Of a stretch of 64,000 bases of DNA, positions 9,038-17,869 are shown in pieces (position 1 is the first letter of the stretch; each line of letters starts with the position of its first letter). A model generated the notes under the pieces. That model was not told the DNA's origin. It saw only the letters and a list, made by a program, of their open reading frames with translations, and made no database searches. The position numbers and the translations under genes are program-made. Source of the DNA: Candidatus Cloacimonadales bacterium (GTDB lineage: Bacteria; Cloacimonadota; Cloacimonadia; Cloacimonadales; JAFGVF01). The DNA is taken from assembly GCA_963662585.1 (NCBI GenBank), contig OY759729.1, positions 1,088,001 through 1,152,000 on the forward strand, given 5' to 3'.

Positions 9038-12000
9038 TTACACTCCTAAGAAAAAGAATACTACTACAAAGAAAAGGATAATATGTAGCAGATAGGTTTG
9101 TCCATTTCCTGAATAAATACGACGGAATAGATCTCCCATTGTATGAGCCCACTCAGCAGAAGCATTCCAGAAATCCAATATTCTTGGTTTTCCCCAGCCC
9201 CCGAGAGCTTTTCTATAATGAGCATACATATTATGAGCAACATGAGTTGTTTGCGGAGATTCTGGTCTCTCTGCAGCATACACAATATTAAACTGTTTAA
9301 CTTTAGTTACTCTTCCAACAAAGAGCATCAAGAAAAATAGTGGAACTATAAATACACCCATGGTAATAAGCATAATCAAATTACCATTCCAGTTTCCAAA
9401 GCTTCCACTAACATTGTATCCATTAATAACTATATTTGAATCGAAGTATTGTCCTGCCATCGCACTTAATGGTCTAATAAGTAAATTAGGGAAGGTAGAT
9501 AATACCATTATGGCTCCGATAAAGATATATTGAGGAATAATAAACCACATTGGTGCTTCTTTCACATCTTTATGTTCATATTTCGCTTGGCCTAAGAAGA
9601 TAGTATGAATCAATCTATATAGATAGAGGAAACTAACTGCAGAAGCAAAGAATAATACAGCAGCTTGAAGATACCAACCTCTTTCGAGGAAAGAAGAGTA
9701 CATCAACCATTTTGAGCCGTATCCGGATAATGGTGGAACACCCGAGACTGCAATTATAGAAATCAAGACACTAATAAAGGATAGTGGCATTTTCTTGATT
9801 AAACCACCCATTTCATACATATTTCTGGTATGAGTTCTATAATAAACACCTGCTACCGCTATAAAGAGAGCAGATTTAAACATCATGTGATTAAGGGATA
9901 AGTAAAAAGCAGAAACCCAACCTAAATGACTTAACATTGAGATTGCCGCTATGATATACCCTACCTGACTCATACTTGAGTAAGCTAAAAGACGCTTAGC
10001 ATCTTCTTGGAAGGAAGCTAAGAAAGCTCCTACTAAAGCAGTGAAGACACCTAGCCAGCCTATCCAATAATAGACATCTATCTGAGGAGCATTGCTTACG
10101 ACGGAGATAGCAACTAAAAAGAAGCCATAGATACCTGCTTTCAAAAGAATAGCAGAGATAAAAGATGATACATCGGCTTCGGCTTCAGCATGTGCTTCTG
10201 GTAACCAAATATGAACCCCTAAGACACCTGATTTAATCATGAATCCTAAAGATAAGAGAATAATTGCTACCAAAGGTAAATTAATAATGCTCATCTGAGT
10301 TATTAAAGCAGAAGAGGAGATTAATTCCGGAGCGAAATTAAATCCTAACATTAGCAAATAAGCTCCTGCCATAGAGAATATCATATACATCAAGGAAGCT
10401 TTCTGTGCACTCTTGCCTCTTAAGATTAATAAAAAAGAAGCAATAGTCATTAATTCCCAGCTGAAAAAGAACTCTAAATAACTTGAGGCTACTAGTAGAT
10501 TACCAAAAGAGAAAATCATCATAAGTAAAAGACCATAAAAGCCTATACTTTCTTCTTTTCTATTTAAAGTACTGATAATATTTATACCACTTCCAACAAT
10601 AAAGATAACTCCAAAAAGTAACTGAATTGGATTTTCCAATCCTACTATCTTGTAGAGATAATATCCGTAAGCTCCAGTAGCGATTAAACTAATAAATCCT
10701 CTTAACTTTACTGGGAAGAAGGTCATGCTAAGCATAAACAAGAGACCTAATATTGGTAGATTACTTGTTAATTCAAAGTTATAGAAAGACCTCATTACAA
10801 CTAAGCCAGTGACAAAAGATAAGATGGTGATTATTTTCACTACTAATAATTTATTATTGAGTAATCCTCTAACAGCTATTCTATTATCAGTCTCTGTTTT
10901 AACAGTATAAGTGAACCATCTAAACAGATAAATTATTTCAAATAATGAACCAAGTAGGATTAAGGTTATTACTAAGTAGTTTTGACTATTTACCAAGACT
11001 TTGATAAACTCCCACTTTGCCCAGAAACCAGTAAATGGAGGTAAGCCAGACAGAGCAAAAATCAGCAAGCCAAAGATAACTAGTAATATTTTATTATTTC
11101 TTAAAGCATTCCAATTTCTAATTTCCTTCTTATTAACGATTCCACTCAACCAAAAGAGTCCTGTTTTAGCTAATAAGTGATTAAAGAAGAATCCACCAAT
11201 AATTAAGAATCTTAGTTCAGATGCTATACCTTGAGTAAAGATGATACTAGCAAGTAGCAATCCCATCTGCCCTATTGAAGAGTAACCTAGAAGTCTTTGC
11301 ACATTCTCTTGTTTTAATCCCATCAAGTTAGAAGCTATGAAAGTTATTACGCCAATTATACCAAAAGCATAGAGGAAGCTATTAGGCATTAAAGGCATAA
11401 TTTTATAAAACATAAAGGCTATTCCCGCAGAATTGATTACAGAGATAACTGCAGCAATTCCAGGATTAGTACTTTCATAGACATCTAAGGCCCAACCATT
11501 AGCTGGGAAAGACTTCATTTCTATAAGAAGAGCAATTGCTATCATATAAATAGCTATTAATCTATAATCAGTAAAGTTGTAAGTTATAAAATCTAAGTTC
11601 AGACTTCCACTAAAGAAATAGACAAATACAACCCCCAATAAGAAAAATATCGAGGCAATTCCGCTGGCTAGCATATATTTAAAACCTGAGACAAGCGAAT
11701 TCTCTCTTCTTCCTAAAGTAATTAAAGCAATAGTTGAGATTGAGGTTATTTCCATGAATACGAAAGAGTTGAAAAGGTCACGAGTTAAGATTAAACCATT
11801 TACTCCCACCATAATCATAAGATAGAGAATCATGGAGGATATTGATTTATCTTCTAAATCCTCACCTAGATAAATGGCAGTAAAGAAAGCGATTAGATTA
11901 ACTCCCAGTAAGACAATTAACTCCTCATAACCTACTTGAAAGTTTATTGAAAGAGGTGCTAAAAAACCTGCTGTATCAACGACTAATTTATCCATACCGG

Positions 12001-12160
12001 AATAAGCAAATTTGTAAAACCAGCTTCCTACGACAACAAGATTAGCCCCTAGTACTCCTAGAAAAGTAACAAAGGATAGTTTTCTACTTGCTTTATCTAT
12101 TAAGGGTAAACTAAAGCCTGCAAGTAAGGAAAGTATTATTAAATAGAGTGGATTTACCAT
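9038..12160 (-). CDS. Fused double MrpD/MbxH-type antiporter-like subunit
   Basis: Two complete antiporter repeats: FVFMEI/RLLGYSSIGQMG/SGLPPFTGFWAKW and FFSWELM/RLLAYSSMSQVG/SGVPPLSGYGSKW. Confidence 0.9.
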   Translation of the reverse strand: MVNPLYLIILSLLAGFSLPLIDKASRKLSFVTFLGVLGANLVVVGSWFYKFAYSGMDKLVVDTAGFLAPLSINFQVGYEELIVLLGVNLIAFFTAIYLGEDLEDKSISSMILYLMIMVGVNGLILTRDLFNSFVFMEITSISTIALITLGRRENSLVSGFKYMLASGIASIFFLLGVVFVYFFSGSLNLDFITYNFTDYRLIAIYMIAIALLIEMKSFPANGWALDVYESTNPGIAAVISVINSAGIAFMFYKIMPLMPNSFLYAFGIIGVITFIASNLMGLKQENVQRLLGYSSIGQMGLLLASIIFTQGIASELRFLIIGGFFFNHLLAKTGLFWLSGIVNKKEIRNWNALRNNKILLVIFGLLIFALSGLPPFTGFWAKWEFIKVLVNSQNYLVITLILLGSLFEIIYLFRWFTYTVKTETDNRIAVRGLLNNKLLVVKIITILSFVTGLVVMRSFYNFELTSNLPILGLLFMLSMTFFPVKLRGFISLIATGAYGYYLYKIVGLENPIQLLFGVIFIVGSGINIISTLNRKEESIGFYGLLLMMIFSFGNLLVASSYLEFFFSWELMTIASFLLILRGKSAQKASLMYMIFSMAGAYLLMLGFNFAPELISSSALITQMSIINLPLVAIILLSLGFMIKSGVLGVHIWLPEAHAEAEADVSSFISAILLKAGIYGFFLVAISVVSNAPQIDVYYWIGWLGVFTALVGAFLASFQEDAKRLLAYSSMSQVGYIIAAISMLSHLGWVSAFYLSLNHMMFKSALFIAVAGVYYRTHTRNMYEMGGLIKKMPLSFISVLISIIAVSGVPPLSGYGSKWLMYSSFLERGWYLQAAVLFFASAVSFLYLYRLIHTIFLGQAKYEHKDVKEAPMWFIIPQYIFIGAIMVLSTFPNLLIRPLSAMAGQYFDSNIVINGYNVSGSFGNWNGNLIMLITMGVFIVPLFFLMLFVGRVTKVKQFNIVYAAERPESPQTTHVAHNMYAHYRKALGGWGKPRILDFWNASAEWAHTMGDLFRRIYSGNGQTYLLHIILFFVVVFFFLGV

Positions 12161-12507
12161 TTTAACTCCTTATAATCATCTATGGAGAATGAACCTTTTT
12201 TCTTGTAGATTTCAGCAGCAAATACTAACATTAAAGCAGTAGTAGCAAGTCCGATCACAATTGCAGTTAACACTAAAGCTGAAGGAATTGGATCTATAAC
12301 TTCTCTGACTGAATTAGCAATGCTTACTGCAGAATCTATAATTGGAGCTGTTCTTCCTTTTAGATATCCCAAGGAGATAATAATTATATGCACTCCTGTA
12401 TCGGCTATCGAAAAGCCTAAAATGATTTTTATAATATTCTTTTGGGTAAGCATGGCAAAAAGTCCTATTACCAATAAGACAAAACCTATGATTAATGTTT
12501 CTATCAT
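12154..12507 (-). CDS. mnhC: MrpC/MbxG-like subunit
   Basis: NIIKIILG, DPIPSALVLTAIVIG. Confidence 0.9.
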   Translation of the reverse strand: MIETLIIGFVLLVIGLFAMLTQKNIIKIILGFSIADTGVHIIIISLGYLKGRTAPIIDSAVSIANSVREVIDPIPSALVLTAIVIGLATTALMLVFAAEIYKKKGSFSIDDYKELKW

Positions 12508-13184
12508 CTTTCACTCCCCATGGTATTTATAATATTTGTTAATTCTGAGCCAACTTTCAACCCTATAAAAGAGTAGATTAAGGGTATTGCCCCAGCACTA
12601 AATAATTCTCCGTATTTTCCTAAAGGAAGTAAAGAAGGATTTAAGAAGCCAATAGTTAGAATCAAGCCAACTAAGCCAATAACTACATAAGCTATTCCAG
12701 ATATAGATTCAACCAGGCTGAGAATGATATGACTAATTTTAAAGTCTAAATCTGAAAGAATTAGAAGTAGGAAGCCAGAAGCAATAACTACACCACCTTG
12801 GAATCCACCACCTGGTGAAAGATGCCCATGAGTGAAGATATATACTCCTAATACCATGATAAGACTTACTAAAAATGATGAAGTTGTTTTAATGTTCTCT
12901 GAGACACTTCTCTTTGCTGATTTTTGTTTTTTATTTTGTAACAAAAAGCCAACGCCAAGTGTAGCAAGAAAAAGTACTGTAACCTCACCGATAGTATCTA
13001 ATCCCCTGTAAGTTACAACTACCGAAGTAACAACATTAGGTGAATTTAAATCCTGAACAGATCCTTCTACATAACTTCTTGCTAAAGGAGAAAGCTCTTC
13101 TCTAGCTTCAAAGTTAACTATAAAAGGTAGAAATATTACTACAAGTCCAATTACTGAAAGTAGAATAAGTACTTTATTTATCAT
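12504..13184 (-). CDS. mnhB: MrpB-like subunit (MbhE+F type)
   Basis: NVVTSVVVTYRGLDTIGE and HGHLSPGGGFQGG. Confidence 0.9.
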   Translation of the reverse strand: MINKVLILLSVIGLVVIFLPFIVNFEAREELSPLARSYVEGSVQDLNSPNVVTSVVVTYRGLDTIGEVTVLFLATLGVGFLLQNKKQKSAKRSVSENIKTTSSFLVSLIMVLGVYIFTHGHLSPGGGFQGGVVIASGFLLLILSDLDFKISHIILSLVESISGIAYVVIGLVGLILTIGFLNPSLLPLGKYGELFSAGAIPLIYSFIGLKVGSELTNIINTMGSER

Positions 13185-13425
13185 CTTTCTTCTCCTTTCG
13201 CATTCTATTTAAGGCGTATAAGAAGACCACTGTAGTAAGGGCAGAGCCAATTGACGCCTCAGTCATAGCTACATCAGGTGAACCCAAAATTAAATAGAGA
13301 ACACTAGCTAAAAGACTGATTACACCAGCACTAATAATTGCCGACACTAAATTCTTCTGCATAATAGTGAAGATTGCTGCACTGATCATAATTACACCTA
13401 AGCCTATAACAATCAGAGAGTTCAT
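13174..13425 (-). CDS. MbhD/DUF4040-like subunit
   Basis: SPDVAMTEASIG; three TM helices. Confidence 0.85.
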   Translation of the reverse strand: MNSLIVIGLGVIMISAAIFTIMQKNLVSAIISAGVISLLASVLYLILGSPDVAMTEASIGSALTTVVFLYALNRMRKEKKDDK

Positions 13426-13766
13426 AACTTCCCTCCTTCTAGCTTATCATCATCATCTTTAAGTTCATCTTTTAATGATATTTTGGTTAGTTTAATACCT
13501 GAGAAGTGAGCTGCTCTGGCAATAACATTTGAAGAAACAGGGTTAGTTGCTATTACAAAAAGAATTATAATAATAACTTTCCCACACCAAGCTGAACCAA
13601 AATTGGCAAGTCCTATTCCAATTGTAAAAAGAATAGTGCCTAAAGTTGTGGCTTTGGTCCCTGCTTGCATTCTATTATAGACATCAGGCATTCTAACAAC
13701 ACCAAGAGCTCCAAGAAATAAAAAAAGTGCTCCAAGTAAAGTGATTATTGCTGAAAATAATTCCAT
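13422..13766 (-). CDS. mnhG: MrpG-like subunit
   Basis: RMPDVYNRMQAGTKATTLG. Confidence 0.9.
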   Translation of the reverse strand: MELFSAIITLLGALFLFLGALGVVRMPDVYNRMQAGTKATTLGTILFTIGIGLANFGSAWCGKVIIIILFVIATNPVSSNVIARAAHFSGIKLTKISLKDELKDDDDKLEGGKL

Positions 13767-14026
13767 TATAACCCCCTTTCCAAATAACGAGCTAAAGCTA
13801 CTACACCGATAAAACTTACTAGACCATAAACAATTGCTACATCAAGATATATTATTCTCTGAGCAAAATGGGCTATTAAGACAATAAGTGATATTGAAAT
13901 AATGGTCATTGCATCTAAAGCAACAATTCTATCAGCCACTGTAGGGCCTTTAAATAACCTGAAAAGGGTCATAAGAAGGCTGAGAATAATTAAGCTGCTT
14001 GCAATTTGATAGATAATATTAACCAA
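13766..14026 (-). CDS. mnhF: MrpF-like subunit
   Basis: RLFKGPTVADRIVALD. Confidence 0.9.
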   Translation of the reverse strand: MVNIIYQIASSLIILSLLMTLFRLFKGPTVADRIVALDAMTIISISLIVLIAHFAQRIIYLDVAIVYGLVSFIGVVALARYLERGL

Positions 14027-14513
14027 AAATCACCTCCAAATACTTTTCAAATTTTGCTACAATCGCTTCTGTAGCACTGTTGATATCAGTACTGGTTACA
14101 TCAATCCAATGAATATAAAAATACTCATCACGCATCTCTACGGTTAGAGTTCCCGGAGTTAAAGTTATGGAATTAGCTAAAAAAGCTCTTCCCAATGGTG
14201 TCTTTAACTTAGTTTTGACTTTTACGATACCAGGATTAATTGGCAGATTTGGCGAGACAACCCTTTTAGCTACATCTAAATTAGATTTTAGTAACTCCCA
14301 ACTAAAAAGAAAGAAGTAACCTATGCTATAAATAAATGCTTTAAAGCTAAATTGTATGTCGCCAAGAATAGTTAACCTCTTCAAGAATATTAGTGAGATA
14401 ATAACTGCGGTAATTCCGCCAAAAATAACTTCTTGATTGGTAATTCCTGACAATAAAATCCAAGTAATGAACAATAATACTGTCGCAATAACAAATGTCT
14501 TAGTGCTCTTCAT
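14019..14513 (-). CDS. mnhE: MrpE-like subunit
   Basis: NPGIV, LANSITLTPGTLTV, YIHWID. Confidence 0.9.
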   Translation of the reverse strand: MKSTKTFVIATVLLFITWILLSGITNQEVIFGGITAVIISLIFLKRLTILGDIQFSFKAFIYSIGYFFLFSWELLKSNLDVAKRVVSPNLPINPGIVKVKTKLKTPLGRAFLANSITLTPGTLTVEMRDEYFYIHWIDVTSTDINSATEAIVAKFEKYLEVIFG

Positions 14514-14522
14514 TGCTTATCC

Positions 14523-15125
14523 TCACTCTTGTTTTATTGAATCTATAATTAATTCAAAAAGGTAATGAAAACTATTTTCACCTTTTGTTCCTAATTCTGA
14601 TATAAAGCTGACATCTTCTCCCCATAAAGCATTTGCTAGAGGAATTACTTTAACTTCTGATTTTATCGAACCATCTTTTATACCGTCTTCAAGATAGCCC
14701 CTGATAGCTTGATTAATCTCATCATTAAAGTTACTATTCTTACCTTTCTCCTCGTCAATTGAGACACATTGACTCTTATGATATTTAAATGTTTCAAATA
14801 TTTTCTTAAAATCATCTCTTTTAGAAAATTCGTTCAAGAAACTCTCTTTAAAAGTAATCAATTTCTTTAAACCTGTTAATTTTTTTTTGGATATTTGTTG
14901 AGCTAATTGTGAAATACTTCCAAAATAGTTGTTAATAATACAAAAACACACCTCATTTTTACTCTTAAAATAAGAATAAATAGAACCTTTACTATAGCCA
15001 ACTTTATGGGCTATCTCCAGCATTGTGGTGTTCTCAAAACCTTTAGTAAAGAAAATCTCCTCTGCCGCAGTGACTATTAGATTCTTTTTAAACTCATACT
15101 CTTGCTGTTTCCTGAATGTACTCAA
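14523..15125 (-). CDS. TetR/AcrR-family transcriptional regulator
   Basis: HTH: AAEEIFFTKGFENTTMLEIAHKVGYSKGSIYSYFKSK; TTG start with AAGGAAGG RBS. Confidence 0.9.
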   Translation of the reverse strand: MSTFRKQQEYEFKKNLIVTAAEEIFFTKGFENTTMLEIAHKVGYSKGSIYSYFKSKNEVCFCIINNYFGSISQLAQQISKKKLTGLKKLITFKESFLNEFSKRDDFKKIFETFKYHKSQCVSIDEEKGKNSNFNDEINQAIRGYLEDGIKDGSIKSEVKVIPLANALWGEDVSFISELGTKGENSFHYLFELIIDSIKQE

Positions 15126-15175
15126 ATTTTCCTTCCTTATCAGATTTTTTTATTCAGTATCATCAAACAGAATTC

Positions 15176-15204
15176 ATTTTATTGACCCTTAGTCAATTTG
15201 TCAA
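15176..15204 (-). promoter_or_regulatory. Sigma70-type promoter containing a palindromic operator
   Basis: TTGACA(15204-15199)-N17-TAAAAT(15181-15176); ATTGAC-N5-GTCAAT at 15181-15197 fills the spacer. Confidence 0.8.
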
Positions 15205-15438
15205 TATTTGTTTTATTTTTTTTATTCAAGTACGATAAAATAGGCCTTGTTCAGGGAATGAAAGTAATAATCTTCCATAATACTATAGGCCCCAGTTTTT
15301 CTCAAAATGGTCAATTACTCAAGTTTTTATTATTTTTTTAGCTTTTACATCCAAGAGGAAGCAGAGTGTTAACAAACTCAACATCTCTGAGTTTTGGTCT
15401 CTTTTTAAAAAAAGAGATAGCTAATAGATTTATTCAAA

Positions 15439-15552
15439 GTAGAGACCTTGCATGGTAGAGACCTTGCATAGTAGAGACCTTGCATAGTAGAGACCTTGCA
15501 TAGTAGAGACCTTGCATAGTAGAGACCTTGCATGCAAGGTCTCTACTATGCA
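15439..15552. repeat. GTAG-type REP-like palindrome preceded by five tandem 16-bp half-sites
   Basis: (GTAGAGACCTTGCATR)x5 then GTAGAGACCTTGCATGCAAGGTCTCTAC; 15513-15552 is a perfect 40-bp palindrome. Confidence 0.9.
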
Positions 15553-15813
15553 GATATAATTAAAACGAAGCCTCAAAGGCGAAAATATCCTAAACTTCTA
15601 AATTGCTTTTCATAGATTATTTTATCAAAAATCGCATACATTATTATTTTCCTACCACTAGTCTTGAATATGAGCTAAATATTTGTCTTGTGCTAAATCC
15701 TCATACCAACAATAAGTTCAGATTTTAATTGTATCTTGACATCTATTTTAATATATATTTTAATGTACAAAATTTTATATATAAAAAGATTAACTCATGT
15801 TTTAGGAGAGAAA

Positions 15814-16893
15814 ATGATTAATGAAATTACTGTTTCTGGTTACAAATCAATTAAAAGATCTACTATTAAATTAAGCAGATTGAACATTCTCATTGGTGAA
15901 AATGGGGCTGGTAAAAATAACTTCTTATCATTATTTAGGCTAATTAATCAGATTATAGATGAAAACTTACAAAAATGGATTAAGCTCAATGGTGGAGCGG
16001 AAAATATTTTGTATTATGGGAGAAAGGTTACTAAAGACATCGCTATAGATATAACATTCGACCGAGATAAATATTTTGTCCATCTATCTCACTCCAGAGA
16101 TACTTTAATAATTAATAAAGAGATTTTGAGTTATACCTACTCAGATGGTAATCTTTATAATTTACCATCTACCATTGATGGTTATGAAAGCACTATCAGA
16201 AAAGAAGCTCTCCTAAGCCCAAATAAAATAGCAGATAAGATGTTGAAAAATATGCGTGAATGGAAGATTTACCATTTTCATGATACAAGTATTAATTCTC
16301 CAATTAAAACATTTAATAAGATTAATGACTTAGAATATTTTACAGCTGATGGTTCGAATTTGACATCTTTTCTCTATTTCTTAAAAAATCATCATCCTAA
16401 GAATTATCTCCTAATTGAAAAAAGCATCCAACTTGTAGCTCCTTATTTTGATAAATTCAAACTTGAACCTGATATAAGCAATAACGAAATTATTTATCTC
16501 AAGTGGTTTAGTAAGGGTTTTGATCACCAAATGAGTATTGATGATTTTTCGGATGGTACTCTTAGATTTATCTGCTATGCTACACTTTTACAACAACCAA
16601 AGGAGTTTATTCCTCAAACAATTATTATTGATGAACCAGAGTTAGGATTACACCCAAAAGCATTAGGGCTATTAGCGTCGATGATCAAAACCGTGACAAA
16701 AGAAAAGCAAGTAATTATATCTACACAATCAGTAGAATTTATTAATTATTTCGAGCTCGAAGATCTAATTATCGTGGATAGAAATAAAGAAGATAGTAAG
16801 TTTAAAAGACTTGATCATAAAGATTTAGTACAGTGGTTGGACGATTACTCTTTAGGTGAGTTATGGAATAAGAATCTACTTGGAGGAAGATAG
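15814..16893 (+). CDS. AAA_21/ABC-type ATPase (COG4637-like)
   Basis: Walker A GENGAGKN, signature FSDGTLRF, Walker B IIIDEPELGLHP, ISTQS; AGGAG RBS before ATG 15814. Confidence 0.9.
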   Translation: MINEITVSGYKSIKRSTIKLSRLNILIGENGAGKNNFLSLFRLINQIIDENLQKWIKLNGGAENILYYGRKVTKDIAIDITFDRDKYFVHLSHSRDTLIINKEILSYTYSDGNLYNLPSTIDGYESTIRKEALLSPNKIADKMLKNMREWKIYHFHDTSINSPIKTFNKINDLEYFTADGSNLTSFLYFLKNHHPKNYLLIEKSIQLVAPYFDKFKLEPDISNNEIIYLKWFSKGFDHQMSIDDFSDGTLRFICYATLLQQPKEFIPQTIIIDEPELGLHPKALGLLASMIKTVTKEKQVIISTQSVEFINYFELEDLIIVDRNKEDSKFKRLDHKDLVQWLDDYSLGELWNKNLLGGR

Positions 16894-16895
16894 CC

Positions 16896-17561
16896 ATGAT
16901 TAGAATTGCAATCCATGTAGAGGGATTTACTGAAGAGGAATTTGTTAAAAACATTATCTCAGATTATCTTTTAAAATTTGATGTTTCAGTTACTCCTATC
17001 ATAGTTTCAACCAGTAAGGATAGGGCAGGAAGAAAGCACAAAGGAGGGATCACAAACAAGCTGTATCATAGTAGAATTAAAAAAGAACTTCTTAGTTTGC
17101 TAGATAATTTTGATTATGTCACTACCATGTATGATTTCTACGGTATTCCTCATGACTTCCCAGGTTACGATAGATCCGACAGCAAAAGTGAAGTCCAGAT
17201 ATCCAACATCTGTAAAGCTCTCAAAGAAGATATTAACAATAATCGTTTTATCCCTTTTTTAATTAAACACGAATTTGAAACCCTCCTATATGTTCACCCA
17301 CAGGCTGCAGATATTATCGACTCACAGTTTGCTGAAGGAATGGAAAAGATTCTATCTACTTTTCATAATCTCCCAGAAGACATTAACAATAACCCAGCCA
17401 CTTCTCCTTCCCATAGAATAATTAACCTATATCCTAATTATGACAAAGTCTTTCATGGAAATATTATTGCTTTAGAAATAGGAGTCATGAAAATGTTAGA
17501 TATGTGTCCTCATTTTGCTGAATGGATTAATCAACTCACATCCTTAGGAAAGCCCATCTAG
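16896..17561 (+). CDS. DUF4276-family protein (TOPRIM-like)
   Basis: HVEGFTEEEF, TTMYDFYG, HEFETLL, CPHFAEW; 2 bp after the ATPase stop. Confidence 0.8.
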   Translation: MIRIAIHVEGFTEEEFVKNIISDYLLKFDVSVTPIIVSTSKDRAGRKHKGGITNKLYHSRIKKELLSLLDNFDYVTTMYDFYGIPHDFPGYDRSDSKSEVQISNICKALKEDINNNRFIPFLIKHEFETLLYVHPQAADIIDSQFAEGMEKILSTFHNLPEDINNNPATSPSHRIINLYPNYDKVFHGNIIALEIGVMKMLDMCPHFAEWINQLTSLGKPI

Positions 17562-17736
17562 TTGAACAACTGACATGATAAAATAACAAGCATTTATCAT
17601 CATTACTTCGGGATTCAGGAAGATGATTCTCCCTAATGTAATGCTAAAACATGAGGTCATAGTAGAATTTCTTTAAAGTCTCCTAAAATATATTAATTGA
17701 CATTAACCCTCAATAAATAATCTTGTCTCTTAAATA

Positions 17737-17805
17737 GGTAGAATGATTTGTCTTTTTTTGCAACTGCCAACATCTTAATTGATGTGAATAAAAGTGCTAA
17801 TTAAG
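17737..17805 (+). ncRNA. Putative SAM-II-like riboswitch upstream of metK
   Basis: P1 GGUAG/CUGCC, loop UGAUUU...UUGCAA, 3' AUAAAAGUGCUAA, in the SAM-II order; extra ACAUC/GAUGU hairpin in the linker; sits directly upstream of metK. Confidence 0.6.
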
Positions 17806-17869
17806 TTTAAAATTAGTTATGCAATATCAAACCTTATCCTACCTGTAAAAACAAACGAAGGAGACGCAA

